Positions 45,836 to 59,087 of a stretch of DNA of 64,000 nucleotides are shown here, in pieces (the stretch's first letter is position 1; every line of letters begins with the position of its first letter). The position numbers and the translations under genes were made by a program. This DNA is from Nitrospirota bacterium (GTDB lineage Bacteria; Nitrospirota; Thermodesulfovibrionia; UBA6902; JAJYJJ01), in NCBI GenBank assembly GCA_021789595.1, contig JAJYJJ010000009.1:1274-65273 (forward strand), in the 5' to 3' direction. Under the pieces are notes generated by a model. The model did not search any database. It saw only the letters and a program-made list of their open reading frames with translations, and was not told the origin of the DNA.

Positions 45836-48005
45836 CTATGTCCACATTGTAGCCTCAAATTCAGGCGATGGCACAGTCAGCGATATATAACCCCTCCACG
45901 GCCATCTCTCAACCTCTTCACCACCCTTCTGAAGCGAGACAAAGAAACTTACCTCATCCTTCTGAGCTGCATCAATGTCCTTAAACGGGACAGCCATCTC
46001 AAGAATATCCAAACAAGCCACATCCTTGATGGTTTTATAGATACTCCAATCGCCATTGCCTTTACGATAGAGCTTCCCTGTAACCTTTGCCTCTTCGATA
46101 AAGACATCTATCCTCAGTGCCAAGGGCTTTATAAAGAAAAACGATATACCCATGTCATTTAGTATATCCTTGAGCGGTGACTTTGCATCAAGCCTCAGAT
46201 AGAGATTGTCAAGGTCAAACCCATAGTATATGTAGGTGATAAAGCTCTCGCTCTTGTGCATGGTTCCGCCTGATCTCATGACCTCTAAATATGCGGCATT
46301 AAACCATTCATAATAGTTTGTTATCTCACCATCTATCCTCGGCGTTATAAAGCCCCTCGGTTCAATTGTCGGCTTAATTGCCCTATCCTCCTTGAGTATT
46401 GAGAGAAGGAGTTTTGATGGTATGTCCTTACCCATCTCTTTATAGACATTCATGAGGTTCAGCCTGAAAAGCTCATCAAATTCTTCCTGAGTCTCCGTCA
46501 CATGCTCATCCCCATACCACCACCACCAATCACTGCCTTCTGCAATATATATGGATTTCCATGCCCTGGTGTAATCCGTATCAGGATGAAGGGCAGAAAA
46601 TTTGGCAAGGTCTTCCCTTGTCTCTCCAAGCATATCCCATGCAAGGTTGTCCTCCTCATGTCCTATCCATATGCTGAAATTCGAAGCAATCCAAGAGCCT
46701 GAAAAGAGCCTTGAGAGGGTCTTCTTAGGCTGATTTTCCTTAAGGTATTCCGAGACAGTCGCTGCCTTAATACCGCCTTCCTTGCTTAGTCCGTCATAGA
46801 GATAGAGTAAGAAATCCCTGCCATCGTTTTTATAATGCTCCCATGCATTCTCTCCATCAAGGATTATAGGAACAATGAAATTTCTATCCTTAGGAAGGAC
46901 TGCCCTTATTGTTTTTAATCTCTTAATAAGGTCATTTGCAGCCTCCCTTGAATCCCACTTTGAATAGATAAACCCTATAAGATCGGACAGCTCATGGTCT
47001 CTGAAGATGATTGAAAGCCTATCCTTTATAGAATAAGGCTGGTAGAGATTTTTTGGGTCGTTGAGCCTTCCTCTCACATCCCTCAGTGGTATACCGATTG
47101 ATCTTTCGAGTATCCCTTCATCTGTTGCTATCCATTTTATTCCGTTTTCTATAAATGCATCTATAACCTCATAGCTTACAGAGCCCTCAGATGGCCACAT
47201 CCCCTCTGGCCTCTTTCCAAATGCCCTCTCATGATACTCCACAGCCATTGCTATCTGTCTTACTGCATCTTCAGGGTGAGAGAATCTATTTTGCGGGAGT
47301 TTTATTTCCGGGAGTGCCATCCGCGCGGAATTTGTATCATAGAGCAATGGAAGGATTGGATGATAAAAAGGCGATGTTGTCAGTTCCACCTGGCCTCTTT
47401 CCATCATCCTTCTATATTCAGGGATAATCATCCTCATCAACTCCATTTGTTTATTTATAAGAATAGCCTTTTCCTCTTCTGTAAACCCCCTTCCCTTTTT
47501 AATAAGTTCTTTAAGAAAGCCGTCTTCGGTCCTGAACATCGGGTCAAACCATGCAAGGTTGAATATGACCTGAAGGTCAAGAAAATCAGCAGGTGTAAAA
47601 TATCTGCTTACCCTCTCAAGCTCGGTATGGGATACATTCATTCCCCTTTTTATCAGCAACTCCCAGTAACGGGGGAACGGTCTTATCATATTGTCCCAGT
47701 TGGCATAAAAGAAGTTCTCAAGGATAAATACCTTTTGTTCTATGTTTAGATCCTTTGCAGGATATAAGGCCATCTCTAAATAATTGTCCTTTACATTTCC
47801 ATCTGCATAATCCATGATCTGCTCTAAGAGTGAGGGGACAATATTGAATGTCTGGTATATTCCTGGGAAATCCTTAAGAATAGCAACCATATCGTAATAG
47901 TCTTTTATTCCATGCAGTCTTACCCATGGAAGGCGATATACACCTGTTAAGGGGTCTTTGTAGTAAGGCTGATGCATATGCCAGAGAAAGGCTATGTAAA
48001 GCTGG

Positions 48006-48016
<11 letters not shown>
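45836..48016 (-). CDS. glycoside hydrolase family 57 (alpha-amylase / 4-alpha-glucanotransferase / branching-enzyme type)
   Basis: 726 aa. N-terminal 'LYIAFLWHMHQPYYKDP' is the GH57 hallmark, with a large C-terminal extension. Confidence 0.8.
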
Positions 48017-51020
<3,004 letters not shown>

Positions 51021-51024
<4 letters not shown>

Positions 51025-52406
51025 TTCCTTGGCGCATGGATAGCTAAATTATGGGCATCCTCAGCAGCCTCCATCAAGCCCTCAGACAGGGTTGGATGGG
51101 CGTGTATTGTGTTGGCTATGTCCTGGATCTTAAGCTTTGCCCTAAGGGCAATAGCAATCTCATGGATGAGGTCAGATGCATGTGGACCAATGATATGGGC
51201 GCCGAGGAGGGCATCGTCCTCTGCATTGGCTATGAGCTTTATTATTCCTGAAATCTCTCCCATCGCATGGGCCTTGCCAAGTCCCCTGAACTGGAATCTG
51301 CCGATCCTGAGTCTGTAGCCTCTCTGGATAGCCTGATTTTCCCTCAAACCAACAGATGCAATCTCAGGTGATGTAAATATTGCAGCAGGGACAATAGAAT
51401 AATCCATCCGTTCGTCTTTACCAAGTGCATTGGCCGCTGCAATAAGGCCCTCTTTTGAGGCTACATGGGCAAGCAGTATTCCGCCAATGACATCGCCTAT
51501 GGCATAGACGCCGTCTACATTTGTCTGCATTCTGTCATCAACTACAATCTCTCCTCTCGGACCTTTTTTAATCCCTACATCCTCAATGCCCATGCCATCG
51601 CTGTTGAACGACCTTCCAATGGAAACAAGAACCTTTTCTGCAACAATCACCTTCCCATCACCGAGGAAGGCATGGATTTCGTCATCCTTCAATTCAACGG
51701 CATTGACCTTTGTATCTGTAAGGAGCTTTATCTTCTTTTTCTTTAGCTCCCTCTCAAGGATAGCTGAAATCTCTTCATCTTCTGTAGATACTGCCCGAGG
51801 AAGCATCTCAACCATAGTCACATCAGAGCCAAGTCCCCTGAAGATAAAAGCAAATTCGCAGCCTACAACACCAGCGCCGACTATGAGGATGCTCTTTGGT
51901 ATATCTTTGAGGTTGAGTGCATCGGTGCTCGAAAGGATCTTTTCACCGTCAAAGGGAAAGGTCGGAATCTGAGCTGGCCTTGAGCCTGTGGCGATAATTA
52001 TCCTGTCTGCATCTATCTCTTCAGCAGGGCTATTATTTACATCAACTCTTATCTTCCTCGGAGAGGCAATAACACCTCTGCCCTGCACAAGCCTGACACC
52101 CCAGCTCTTAAAAAGACCCTTGATTCCCTTTACCTGGATGGCAACTACCTTTTCCTTTCGCTCCATTATCCTGGCGATATCAGGCCTTACATTGCCTGTA
52201 AGTTCAAGACCAAATTCATCAAGCCTTCCTGCCCTGTCAATTGCCTCTGCAGAGGCAACAAGGGCCTTTGTCGGGATACAGCCTCGGTTAAGGCATGTCC
52301 CCCCTACCTCTGTGTCCTCTATGACAGTTACCTGAGCGCCGAGCTGTGCAGCCCTGATAGCAGCAACATAACCTCCTGGGCCTGCACCAATAATTGCAAG
52401 CCTCAT
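51021..52406 (-). CDS. lpdA: dihydrolipoyl dehydrogenase
   Basis: 'IIGAGPGGYVAAIRAAQLG', redox-active 'GGTCLNRGCIPTK', second Rossmann fold and dimerisation domain. Confidence 0.9.
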
Positions 52407-52789
52407 CTGCTCTCCTCTTCAACATGCTTTTCATACTCAGAGGCATCCATCAGATCGCTCAGTTCAGAAGGATCATCCATCTCGATTACTGCTATCCAGC
52501 CTTTCCCATATGGCTCCTCGTTTATTATTTCAGGCGAATCGGAAAGCTCCTCATTAACCTCGATAATCGTCCCGCCTACAGGACTTATTACCGATGATGT
52601 AGCCTTTGTGGATTCTATCTCCGTGAGCTCTGAATTTGCCTCCACAGCGCTATCAACCTCAGGAAGGTCTATGTAGACTATATCTCCTAACTCCTTCTGA
52701 GCATAGTCTGTAATGCCAATCGTTGCCTTCTTGCCTGAAACCCTTACCCATGTGTGCTCCTTGTGATACTTCAAGTCCTTTGGATTCAT
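52403..52789 (-). CDS. gcvH: glycine cleavage system H protein
   Basis: 128 aa, 'YHKEHTWVRV...ATIGITDYAQ' and lipoyl-lysine 'ESTKATS'. Confidence 0.9.
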   Translation of the reverse strand: MNPKDLKYHKEHTWVRVSGKKATIGITDYAQKELGDIVYIDLPEVDSAVEANSELTEIESTKATSSVISPVGGTIIEVNEELSDSPEIINEEPYGKGWIAVIEMDDPSELSDLMDASEYEKHVEEESR

Positions 52790-52874
52790 TATATCCCCTC
52801 CTTTAAAAATTTTAAAAATTCAATCTTCAGGTGAGTCAATTCTTAACATAGGATTTTACCTTTTGTCAATGGGT

Positions 52875-53726
52875 TTAATAAAACTCCTTCACAGTAGCAG
52901 CTAATCCTGACAGGTCGAAGGATTGCCTTACAAGGGGTTTATCCTTGATTACTGGTATTCTCTCCTCAAATATTGGACGGTTATTGCGATAGATTACACC
53001 AATAGGTATGCGCTGTCCCCATTCAAGGGCCTTTTTAAACGCCTCTGTCCTGTCTTCAGGGTTGTATTCTGGCTCTATGTGATAGACCCTCTGCCTATAC
53101 CATTCATAGGTATTGACTTTATTGAATGTTACACAGGGCTGAAGGATATCAACCAGAGAAAATCCCCTGTGGTTTACCGCCTCTTTTATCAGGCCTTTTA
53201 AATGCACATTATCGCCTGCAAATCCTCTTGCCACAAAGCTGCAGTCAAGGGCTACTGCCAGTGCCATGGGATTGAGCTGCTCAGAAAGGACTCCAAAGGG
53301 CTGATTCTTTGTTGTCATGCCCTCCATACTTGTAGGAGATGCCTGACCCTTTGTGAGTCCGTATATCTGGTTGTCATGCACAAAGAGTTTTACATTGATG
53401 TTCCTTCTCATGGCATGTATTAAGTGGTTTCCGCCCTCGCCATAACAGTCCCCATCTCCAGCAACGGCGATTACAAGCATCTCATGATCGGCAAGCCTTA
53501 TCCCTGATGCAACAGGGAGCGTCCTTCCGTGAAGGCCGTTGAAGGTATTACATTTCAGATAATGGGGGAATTTCCCTGCCTGACCTATTCCGGAGACAAT
53601 GGTAAACTGATAAGGCTCTATGGCAAGCTCCATCATGGCATCTTTAAATGACTTTAATATGCCGAAATTACCGCATCCAGGACACCATGCAGGGTTCTGC
53701 CCTTTATAATCATCTAAGGATGACAT
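52875..53726 (-). CDS. korB: 2-oxoacid:ferredoxin oxidoreductase beta subunit (TPP-binding, KorB-like)
   Basis: 'WCPGCGNFGI' and TPP motif 'AGDGDCYGEGGNHLIHAMRRNINVKLFVHDNQIYGLTKGQ'. Confidence 0.8.
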   Translation of the reverse strand: MSSLDDYKGQNPAWCPGCGNFGILKSFKDAMMELAIEPYQFTIVSGIGQAGKFPHYLKCNTFNGLHGRTLPVASGIRLADHEMLVIAVAGDGDCYGEGGNHLIHAMRRNINVKLFVHDNQIYGLTKGQASPTSMEGMTTKNQPFGVLSEQLNPMALAVALDCSFVARGFAGDNVHLKGLIKEAVNHRGFSLVDILQPCVTFNKVNTYEWYRQRVYHIEPEYNPEDRTEAFKKALEWGQRIPIGVIYRNNRPIFEERIPVIKDKPLVRQSFDLSGLAATVKEFY

Positions 53727-55431
53727 TTAATTCCTTCAATAACCCTTCCAGCGAAAACGGTCTTCCATCGTATTTATTAATCAATCTATTGAAAGTGTAT
53801 CCTGTTTCTGTCTTCATAAGGCGGGCGAACTGTCCTGTTGCATTATTTTCAATGCATAAGGTTAATCCTGCACTCTTCAGTACCTTAATGTAATTGAATT
53901 TAGCTGTGGACGGAAGTGGATAGATCTCACTGAAGTGCAGCATGGCTATACTATAATTCTTTGACAGCTCATCAACCACCTCCTTCATCACTCCATAGGT
54001 TGACCCCCACCCTGTAACTACTATCTCTGGATCAGAATCACCATAAAGAAATGGGGCATCTATCTCTTTTCTGATAAAGGGCGATTTCTTAAACAGTCTC
54101 TTTTGTACCATTTTTATCCTTGTCTCTGCATCCTCAACAATATGCCCTTCTTCATCATGTTCGTCGCTGTCTGTTACAACAAGGTGTTTTGCATCTCCAG
54201 GGACACCTAACAATGACACCCCGCTTTCAGTAAAGGCATGTCTTTTATATTCCCTGAGATCTCTAAATGCCTCGCCCCTTAATCTGTAATCTGTATATTT
54301 AACCCTGCTTAGATCAAACCCTTCAAATGTCCACTGGGAATCAGCAAGGTATTGGTCGGTAAGGATAAACACAGGTATCTGGTATTTCTCTGCTATATCA
54401 AATGCCTTGTTTGTGAGATAGAATGCCTGCTCAGGTGTGCCCGGGGCAAATATTACTCTTGGAAATTCCCCGTGTGCTGTATACAGGGCAAATTGCAGTT
54501 CAGCCTGTTCTGTTCTCGTGGGGAATCCTGTAGCAGGCCCCGGCCTCTGCGCAAGGGCAATGACTATCGGGGTCTCTGTCATGGCAGCCAAGGAAAGGCC
54601 CTCTACCATTAATGCAAAACCTCCTCCTGAGCTCCCTGTCATAGCCCTGACGCCTGCAAATGAAGCGCCCAATGCCATGTTAATGGCTGCAATCTCGTCC
54701 TCTGCCTGTTCAACGATAATTCCGTATTCCTTTGCCTTGCTCGCGATATAGAGCATAATCCCAGTCGAGGGTGTCATTGGATACGCTGAATAGAATTTAC
54801 AACCCGATGCAATAGCGCCAAGTCCTACAGCCTCATTTCCTGCAATTAAAAGTAGGGGCGAACTGCCGTTCGCCCCTACAGAGAATGAACATCGCAAACA
54901 TTCCTTCGCAGCATAATCATGGCCAGCCATAGCAGTATTGATATTCGCCTTTATAATATCTTCACCCTTCTTTTTGAATATATCCTTTATAATTTCAAGG
55001 AGGATGTTCAATTCCATGCCAAGCATGCCTAACACTGCTCCAGTGGCAACGGTGTTTGCCATTATCTTATTTCCGCCATGTTCTACCGCTAAATTGACGA
55101 AGGGGATGTCCACAGAGTTTTGAGTTGAGAGTTTAGAGTTATGACTTTTTGAGTCATAGATTATCTGACCGTATTCTGAAAGCTCTTTTTCATGAAGCAG
55201 TATGCTTTCTTTATCGAGGGCAACCAGGATATCAATAATGTCTCTGCATGCTGTTACAGGCTTGTCAGAAAACCTTATCTGGAAAAAATTGTGACCGCCC
55301 CTTATGCGTGACTCATAATCCTGATGGGTAAATACATGATAACCTGCCCTTGAAAATACCCTCGCAAGGGTGTCTCCAATAGTCTGTATACCCTGTCCTG
55401 CCTCACCGCCTATCTTGATTGAGTAGTCCAA
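53710..55431 (-). CDS. korA: 2-oxoacid:ferredoxin oxidoreductase alpha subunit with fused N-terminal gamma domain (KorA-like)
   Basis: 573 aa. N-terminal gamma-like 'IGGEAGQGIQTIGDTLARV', followed by the pyruvate-flavodoxin-OR-type alpha domain. Confidence 0.8.
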   Translation of the reverse strand: MDYSIKIGGEAGQGIQTIGDTLARVFSRAGYHVFTHQDYESRIRGGHNFFQIRFSDKPVTACRDIIDILVALDKESILLHEKELSEYGQIIYDSKSHNSKLSTQNSVDIPFVNLAVEHGGNKIMANTVATGAVLGMLGMELNILLEIIKDIFKKKGEDIIKANINTAMAGHDYAAKECLRCSFSVGANGSSPLLLIAGNEAVGLGAIASGCKFYSAYPMTPSTGIMLYIASKAKEYGIIVEQAEDEIAAINMALGASFAGVRAMTGSSGGGFALMVEGLSLAAMTETPIVIALAQRPGPATGFPTRTEQAELQFALYTAHGEFPRVIFAPGTPEQAFYLTNKAFDIAEKYQIPVFILTDQYLADSQWTFEGFDLSRVKYTDYRLRGEAFRDLREYKRHAFTESGVSLLGVPGDAKHLVVTDSDEHDEEGHIVEDAETRIKMVQKRLFKKSPFIRKEIDAPFLYGDSDPEIVVTGWGSTYGVMKEVVDELSKNYSIAMLHFSEIYPLPSTAKFNYIKVLKSAGLTLCIENNATGQFARLMKTETGYTFNRLINKYDGRPFSLEGLLKELNVILR

Positions 55432-55448
55432 GGAACCTTCTTGAACTT

Positions 55449-55703
55449 CTATTCCCTTTCTTCGAAATTCTTAATGAACTGCCCTATCTGGACACCGAGG
55501 TAAACGCATTTGAAGCCATCCATGCACTCATCGGCATCCCTTTTTTCAAGATGCGTTGTAAGCTCATTGCCATCCCTTTTAAACCTGACAATATATGCAT
55601 TGTTTTCTTCGTTAAATTCAAGTCCTACAGAAATGCCATGTTTTGAGATTTCAGGATACATCTCCATAATCTTCTCTTTTAATGCAACAACCGTATAACC
55701 CAC
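55449..55703 (-). CDS. small conserved-looking hypothetical protein (84 aa)
   Basis: ORF directly downstream of sod on the minus strand and upstream of korA. No motif recognised. Confidence 0.3.
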   Translation of the reverse strand: MGYTVVALKEKIMEMYPEISKHGISVGLEFNEENNAYIVRFKRDGNELTTHLEKRDADECMDGFKCVYLGVQIGQFIKNFEERE

Positions 55704-55730
55704 GTCCTTACCTCCTTAAACCGCGGGATA

Positions 55731-56309
55731 TTATCTCATCCTTGCTTCAACCGCCTTCCAGTCTATGTTCTTGAAGAACGAATCTATATAATCTGCCCTC
55801 TTGAGTCCATAATCAAGCATAAAGGCATGCTCAAATACATCCATTATCAATAGAGGGTTGCACCCTGCCGGATGCGAGACATCATGCTCATTTATCCAGA
55901 AATTGATAAGTTTCCCGTCTGTCATATCCTGATAAAGCACTGCCCAACCAATACCTCTCATTGTTCCTGTTGCCTTGAAGTCCTTTTCCCACAGCTCATA
56001 GCTTCCAAAATCTTCGGTCAGTTTGCTGGCAAGCCTCCCATCCTTGTCAATTCCACCTTTTCCGCCAAGATTCTCAAAATAGTACTCGTGAAGCCTCATT
56101 CCGTTAAATTCCCATCCCAGTCTCCTTTTCAACTCAGCAAATTCGGGGATTCCTGTCCTTCCGTCCTTTAACATATGCCCAAGCGTCTCAATGGCCTTGT
56201 TTGTATTTGTCACATAGCCCTGATAGAGGGTAAAGTGATTCTTTAAGAGTGTCTCACTGAATCCCTCCATACCGATAAGTCTTGAGTAATCCTTTGCGGT
56301 GTAAGCCAT
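55731..56309 (-). CDS. Fe/Mn superoxide dismutase
   Basis: 192 aa with 'HFTLYQGYV', 'DVFEHAFMLDY' and metal-ligand His/Asp positions. Confidence 0.9.
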   Translation of the reverse strand: MAYTAKDYSRLIGMEGFSETLLKNHFTLYQGYVTNTNKAIETLGHMLKDGRTGIPEFAELKRRLGWEFNGMRLHEYYFENLGGKGGIDKDGRLASKLTEDFGSYELWEKDFKATGTMRGIGWAVLYQDMTDGKLINFWINEHDVSHPAGCNPLLIMDVFEHAFMLDYGLKRADYIDSFFKNIDWKAVEARMR

Positions 56310-56349
56310 GGTCTTCCTCCTTATTTTAAATTTAAATTTACAGCAAATC

Positions 56350-57183
56350 CTATCTCACGATTACCCCTGCATAGCCAACCACATGTTCAAAATCCCCGCT
56401 TACTTCTCCTGATGTCATGTATTTAATGAGTTCTGCTTCTCTTGCGCCAAGGGCCTTTGATGCGGACAACATTGCTGTTGCCGGGGCAAATCCGCACATG
56501 GATATCCTCTCCTCCATAACGGTTCTATGAAGACCCTCTGGGTCGAGATCAAGGATCCTTTCTATGGCCTTCTTATCCTTTTGTCTTGCTATGTCATCAG
56601 GTTCATAATGGCTCATGTCAGAGCTTGCAACGATTACCACGGAGTGTGATGTCTGCTCTACTGCCTTGGCTATGGCCTCTCCGACTGCCATACAGTCCTC
56701 AAGGGAATGCGACATCATCGTAATCGGAACTATCATTACATTCTGAGAAAAATAAAGGATAAACGGAAGTTGAACCTCGAGTGAATGTTCGAAAAGATGG
56801 GCCTGTGCGTCCTCTTCTATAATTGCCCCCTCTGTAAGTATCTTGCCTGAGAGCTCTTCATCTATCTTTACCGTGCCAAGTGGAATCTCCCATTCTCCAT
56901 AGGACATAAGAGCGACCTTGGTGCCAAATCCAGTGTGGTTTGGGCCTATGAGTATAAATGTATGGGGGAATTTTATCCTCGAATATACTGCGCCTGCCAC
57001 AGCCCCTGAATACATAAGACCTGCATGAGGGGAAAGCACCCCAATCACCTTTTCTTTACCTGCTTCCCCGGAAAATCTGCGCCCCTCTGGTAATCCTGTC
57101 GCAATACATGCCTCTACCTGTGCCCTTAGTTTTGATAGATTGGCATAATAAAACTGTCCTGAAACAGCAGGTCTTCTCTTCAT
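56350..57183 (-). CDS. Memo-like / AmmeMemoRadiSam system protein B family
   Basis: 277 aa, 'VSGQFYY...VIGVLSPHAGLMYSGAVAG...GPNHTG...HSLEVQLPF...SSDMSHY'. Confidence 0.75.
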   Translation of the reverse strand: MKRRPAVSGQFYYANLSKLRAQVEACIATGLPEGRRFSGEAGKEKVIGVLSPHAGLMYSGAVAGAVYSRIKFPHTFILIGPNHTGFGTKVALMSYGEWEIPLGTVKIDEELSGKILTEGAIIEEDAQAHLFEHSLEVQLPFILYFSQNVMIVPITMMSHSLEDCMAVGEAIAKAVEQTSHSVVIVASSDMSHYEPDDIARQKDKKAIERILDLDPEGLHRTVMEERISMCGFAPATAMLSASKALGAREAELIKYMTSGEVSGDFEHVVGYAGVIVR

Positions 57184-57234
57184 ACTGCCCTCCTATCGAA
57201 CAGTTCAATTGGTTTGAACCCTTCCCCTCAGAGG

Positions 57235-58581
57235 TCAGAACACCTGATGGTCTGTATAGCTTTCAAACCTCGTGTATTTGTCCCTGAAGGTGAGATTCAC
57301 CGTTCCTATAGGGCCGTTTCTTTGCTTTGAAATGATCAGCTCTGCCTTGCCCTTGTTTGGGCCGTCAGGGTTATAGACCTCATCCCTGTAAAGAAAGATT
57401 ATAACATCGGCATCCTGCTCTATTGCACCTGATTCCCTGATATCAGCAAGGTTTGGTCTCTTATCATTCCTTTGTTCAACAGACCTGTTTAACTGGCTTA
57501 GTGCAACAACAGGAATCTTTAACTCCTTTGCAAGCGACTTTAAAGAACGGGAGATATCAGATACCTCCTGCTCCCTTCGCTCAAAACTACCCCTTCCCTT
57601 CATTAGCTGCAGGTAGTCGACTATGATTAAGCTCAGACCGTGCTCTGCCTTTAACCGCCTTGCCTTTGCCCTCATCTCAAAGACATTCGTATCTGTTCCA
57701 TCGTCTATAAAGATCGGCGCCTCTGTTAATCTTCCAGCGGCATTGGTGAGCTTTCGCCAGTCGTCCTTCCCGAGGAATCCTGAACGGACTGCCTTACTGT
57801 CAACCTCTGCCTCAGAGCAGAGCATCCTCAGGACAAGTTGCTCCTTTGACATCTCGAGGCTGAATATGGCAACCGGCTCTCTTTTTTCAATCGCAACATG
57901 CTGTGCCATATTCAAGGCAAGGGCGGTCTTTCCCATAGAAGGCCTGCCGCCTATGACTATCAGATCACATTGTTGGAGTCCTGATGTTTTATGGTCGAGG
58001 TCTGAAAAACCAGTGGGAAGCCCTGTGATGAGTTCCTTCTTCTCATACATCTGCTCTATCATCTCAAAGCTGTCCTTAATGACCTCCTTTATCCCCACAA
58101 ATGAAGGCCTTATCCTTCTCTCTGAAAGTTCAAACACCTTTTTCTCTGCATAATCCATCAGCTCATCTACCTCAAGGCTGTTTTCATAGCCGAGGGTTAT
58201 GAGCTCTGTTGCAGTCTTTATGAGATTCCTGATAGCAGACCTCTCCCTTACTATCCTTGCGTGGTATCTGATGTTAGCTGCTGTTGGAACTACTGTGGCA
58301 AGGGAGCTGAGGTATGATATGCCGCCCACGGCCTCAATAGCATCTTCCCTCTTCATGTAGTCGGTGAGGGTTATAAGGTCTATGGCCTCATTCTTATCAA
58401 AAAGCTCGAGCATGGCCTTAAATATCTTTCTATGGGATTCCTTATAAAAATCATCAGGCGAGATTATCTCTATTGCCCTGTGGATGGCTTCATTCTCAAG
58501 GAGGATTGCCCCAAGCACAGACTGCTCTGCCTCAAGGTTCTGAGGTGGCAGTCTGTCAAGGACAACATCTAATTCTTTCAT
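57235..58581 (-). CDS. dnaB: replicative DNA helicase
   Basis: 448 aa with N-terminal 'PPQNLEAEQSVLGAIL', Walker A 'GGRPSMGKT' and the RecA-like fold. Confidence 0.9.
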   Translation of the reverse strand: MKELDVVLDRLPPQNLEAEQSVLGAILLENEAIHRAIEIISPDDFYKESHRKIFKAMLELFDKNEAIDLITLTDYMKREDAIEAVGGISYLSSLATVVPTAANIRYHARIVRERSAIRNLIKTATELITLGYENSLEVDELMDYAEKKVFELSERRIRPSFVGIKEVIKDSFEMIEQMYEKKELITGLPTGFSDLDHKTSGLQQCDLIVIGGRPSMGKTALALNMAQHVAIEKREPVAIFSLEMSKEQLVLRMLCSEAEVDSKAVRSGFLGKDDWRKLTNAAGRLTEAPIFIDDGTDTNVFEMRAKARRLKAEHGLSLIIVDYLQLMKGRGSFERREQEVSDISRSLKSLAKELKIPVVALSQLNRSVEQRNDKRPNLADIRESGAIEQDADVIIFLYRDEVYNPDGPNKGKAELIISKQRNGPIGTVNLTFRDKYTRFESYTDHQVF

Positions 58582-59021
58582 TCCCTTACTACTATAACAT
58601 TCAAGGAGGCATTGGTCTCTGGATGGATCTTTACTGTTACAGTATATGTCCCGAGGCGTTTTATGGGCTCTTCAAGGATTATCCTTCTCTTATCTATCTC
58701 AACACCTTCCTTCAGCAATGCCTCGGCTATATCCATAGCAGTCACAGAGCCAAAAAGCCTATCCTCCTCCCCTGCCCTGGCAGGGATGGTTATTGTAGTT
58801 GAAGAGATCCTGGCGGCAATGTCATCTGCAGCCTTTTTCTCTTTCCTGGCCTTCTCTGCAACTATCTTTTTATAATGCTCAAACTCCTTTATATTCTTTG
58901 GATCTGCCTCAATGGCAAGTTTCTTAGGGATCAGAAAATTCCTTCCATACCCATCAGCCACATTCAAGATGTCACCCATCCTGCCGAGATCTTTAACATC
59001 TTCTCTAAGAATTACCTGCAT
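58578..59021 (-). CDS. rplI: 50S ribosomal protein L9
   Basis: 147 aa 'MQVILREDVKDLGRMGDILNVADGYGRNFLIP'. Confidence 0.9.
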   Translation of the reverse strand: MQVILREDVKDLGRMGDILNVADGYGRNFLIPKKLAIEADPKNIKEFEHYKKIVAEKARKEKKAADDIAARISSTTITIPARAGEEDRLFGSVTAMDIAEALLKEGVEIDKRRIILEEPIKRLGTYTVTVKIHPETNASLNVIVVRE

Positions 59022-59087
59022 CTATATCCCTCCTTTATTATGGATAAATCTATGAAAATAGTAACCCATGCATAAGCTAATTGTCAA

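Noticed and set aside
47191-47749. Plus-strand ORFs (78 and 172 aa) inside the GH57 gene
   Set aside because: They are antisense to a well-supported long CDS and have no features of their own.
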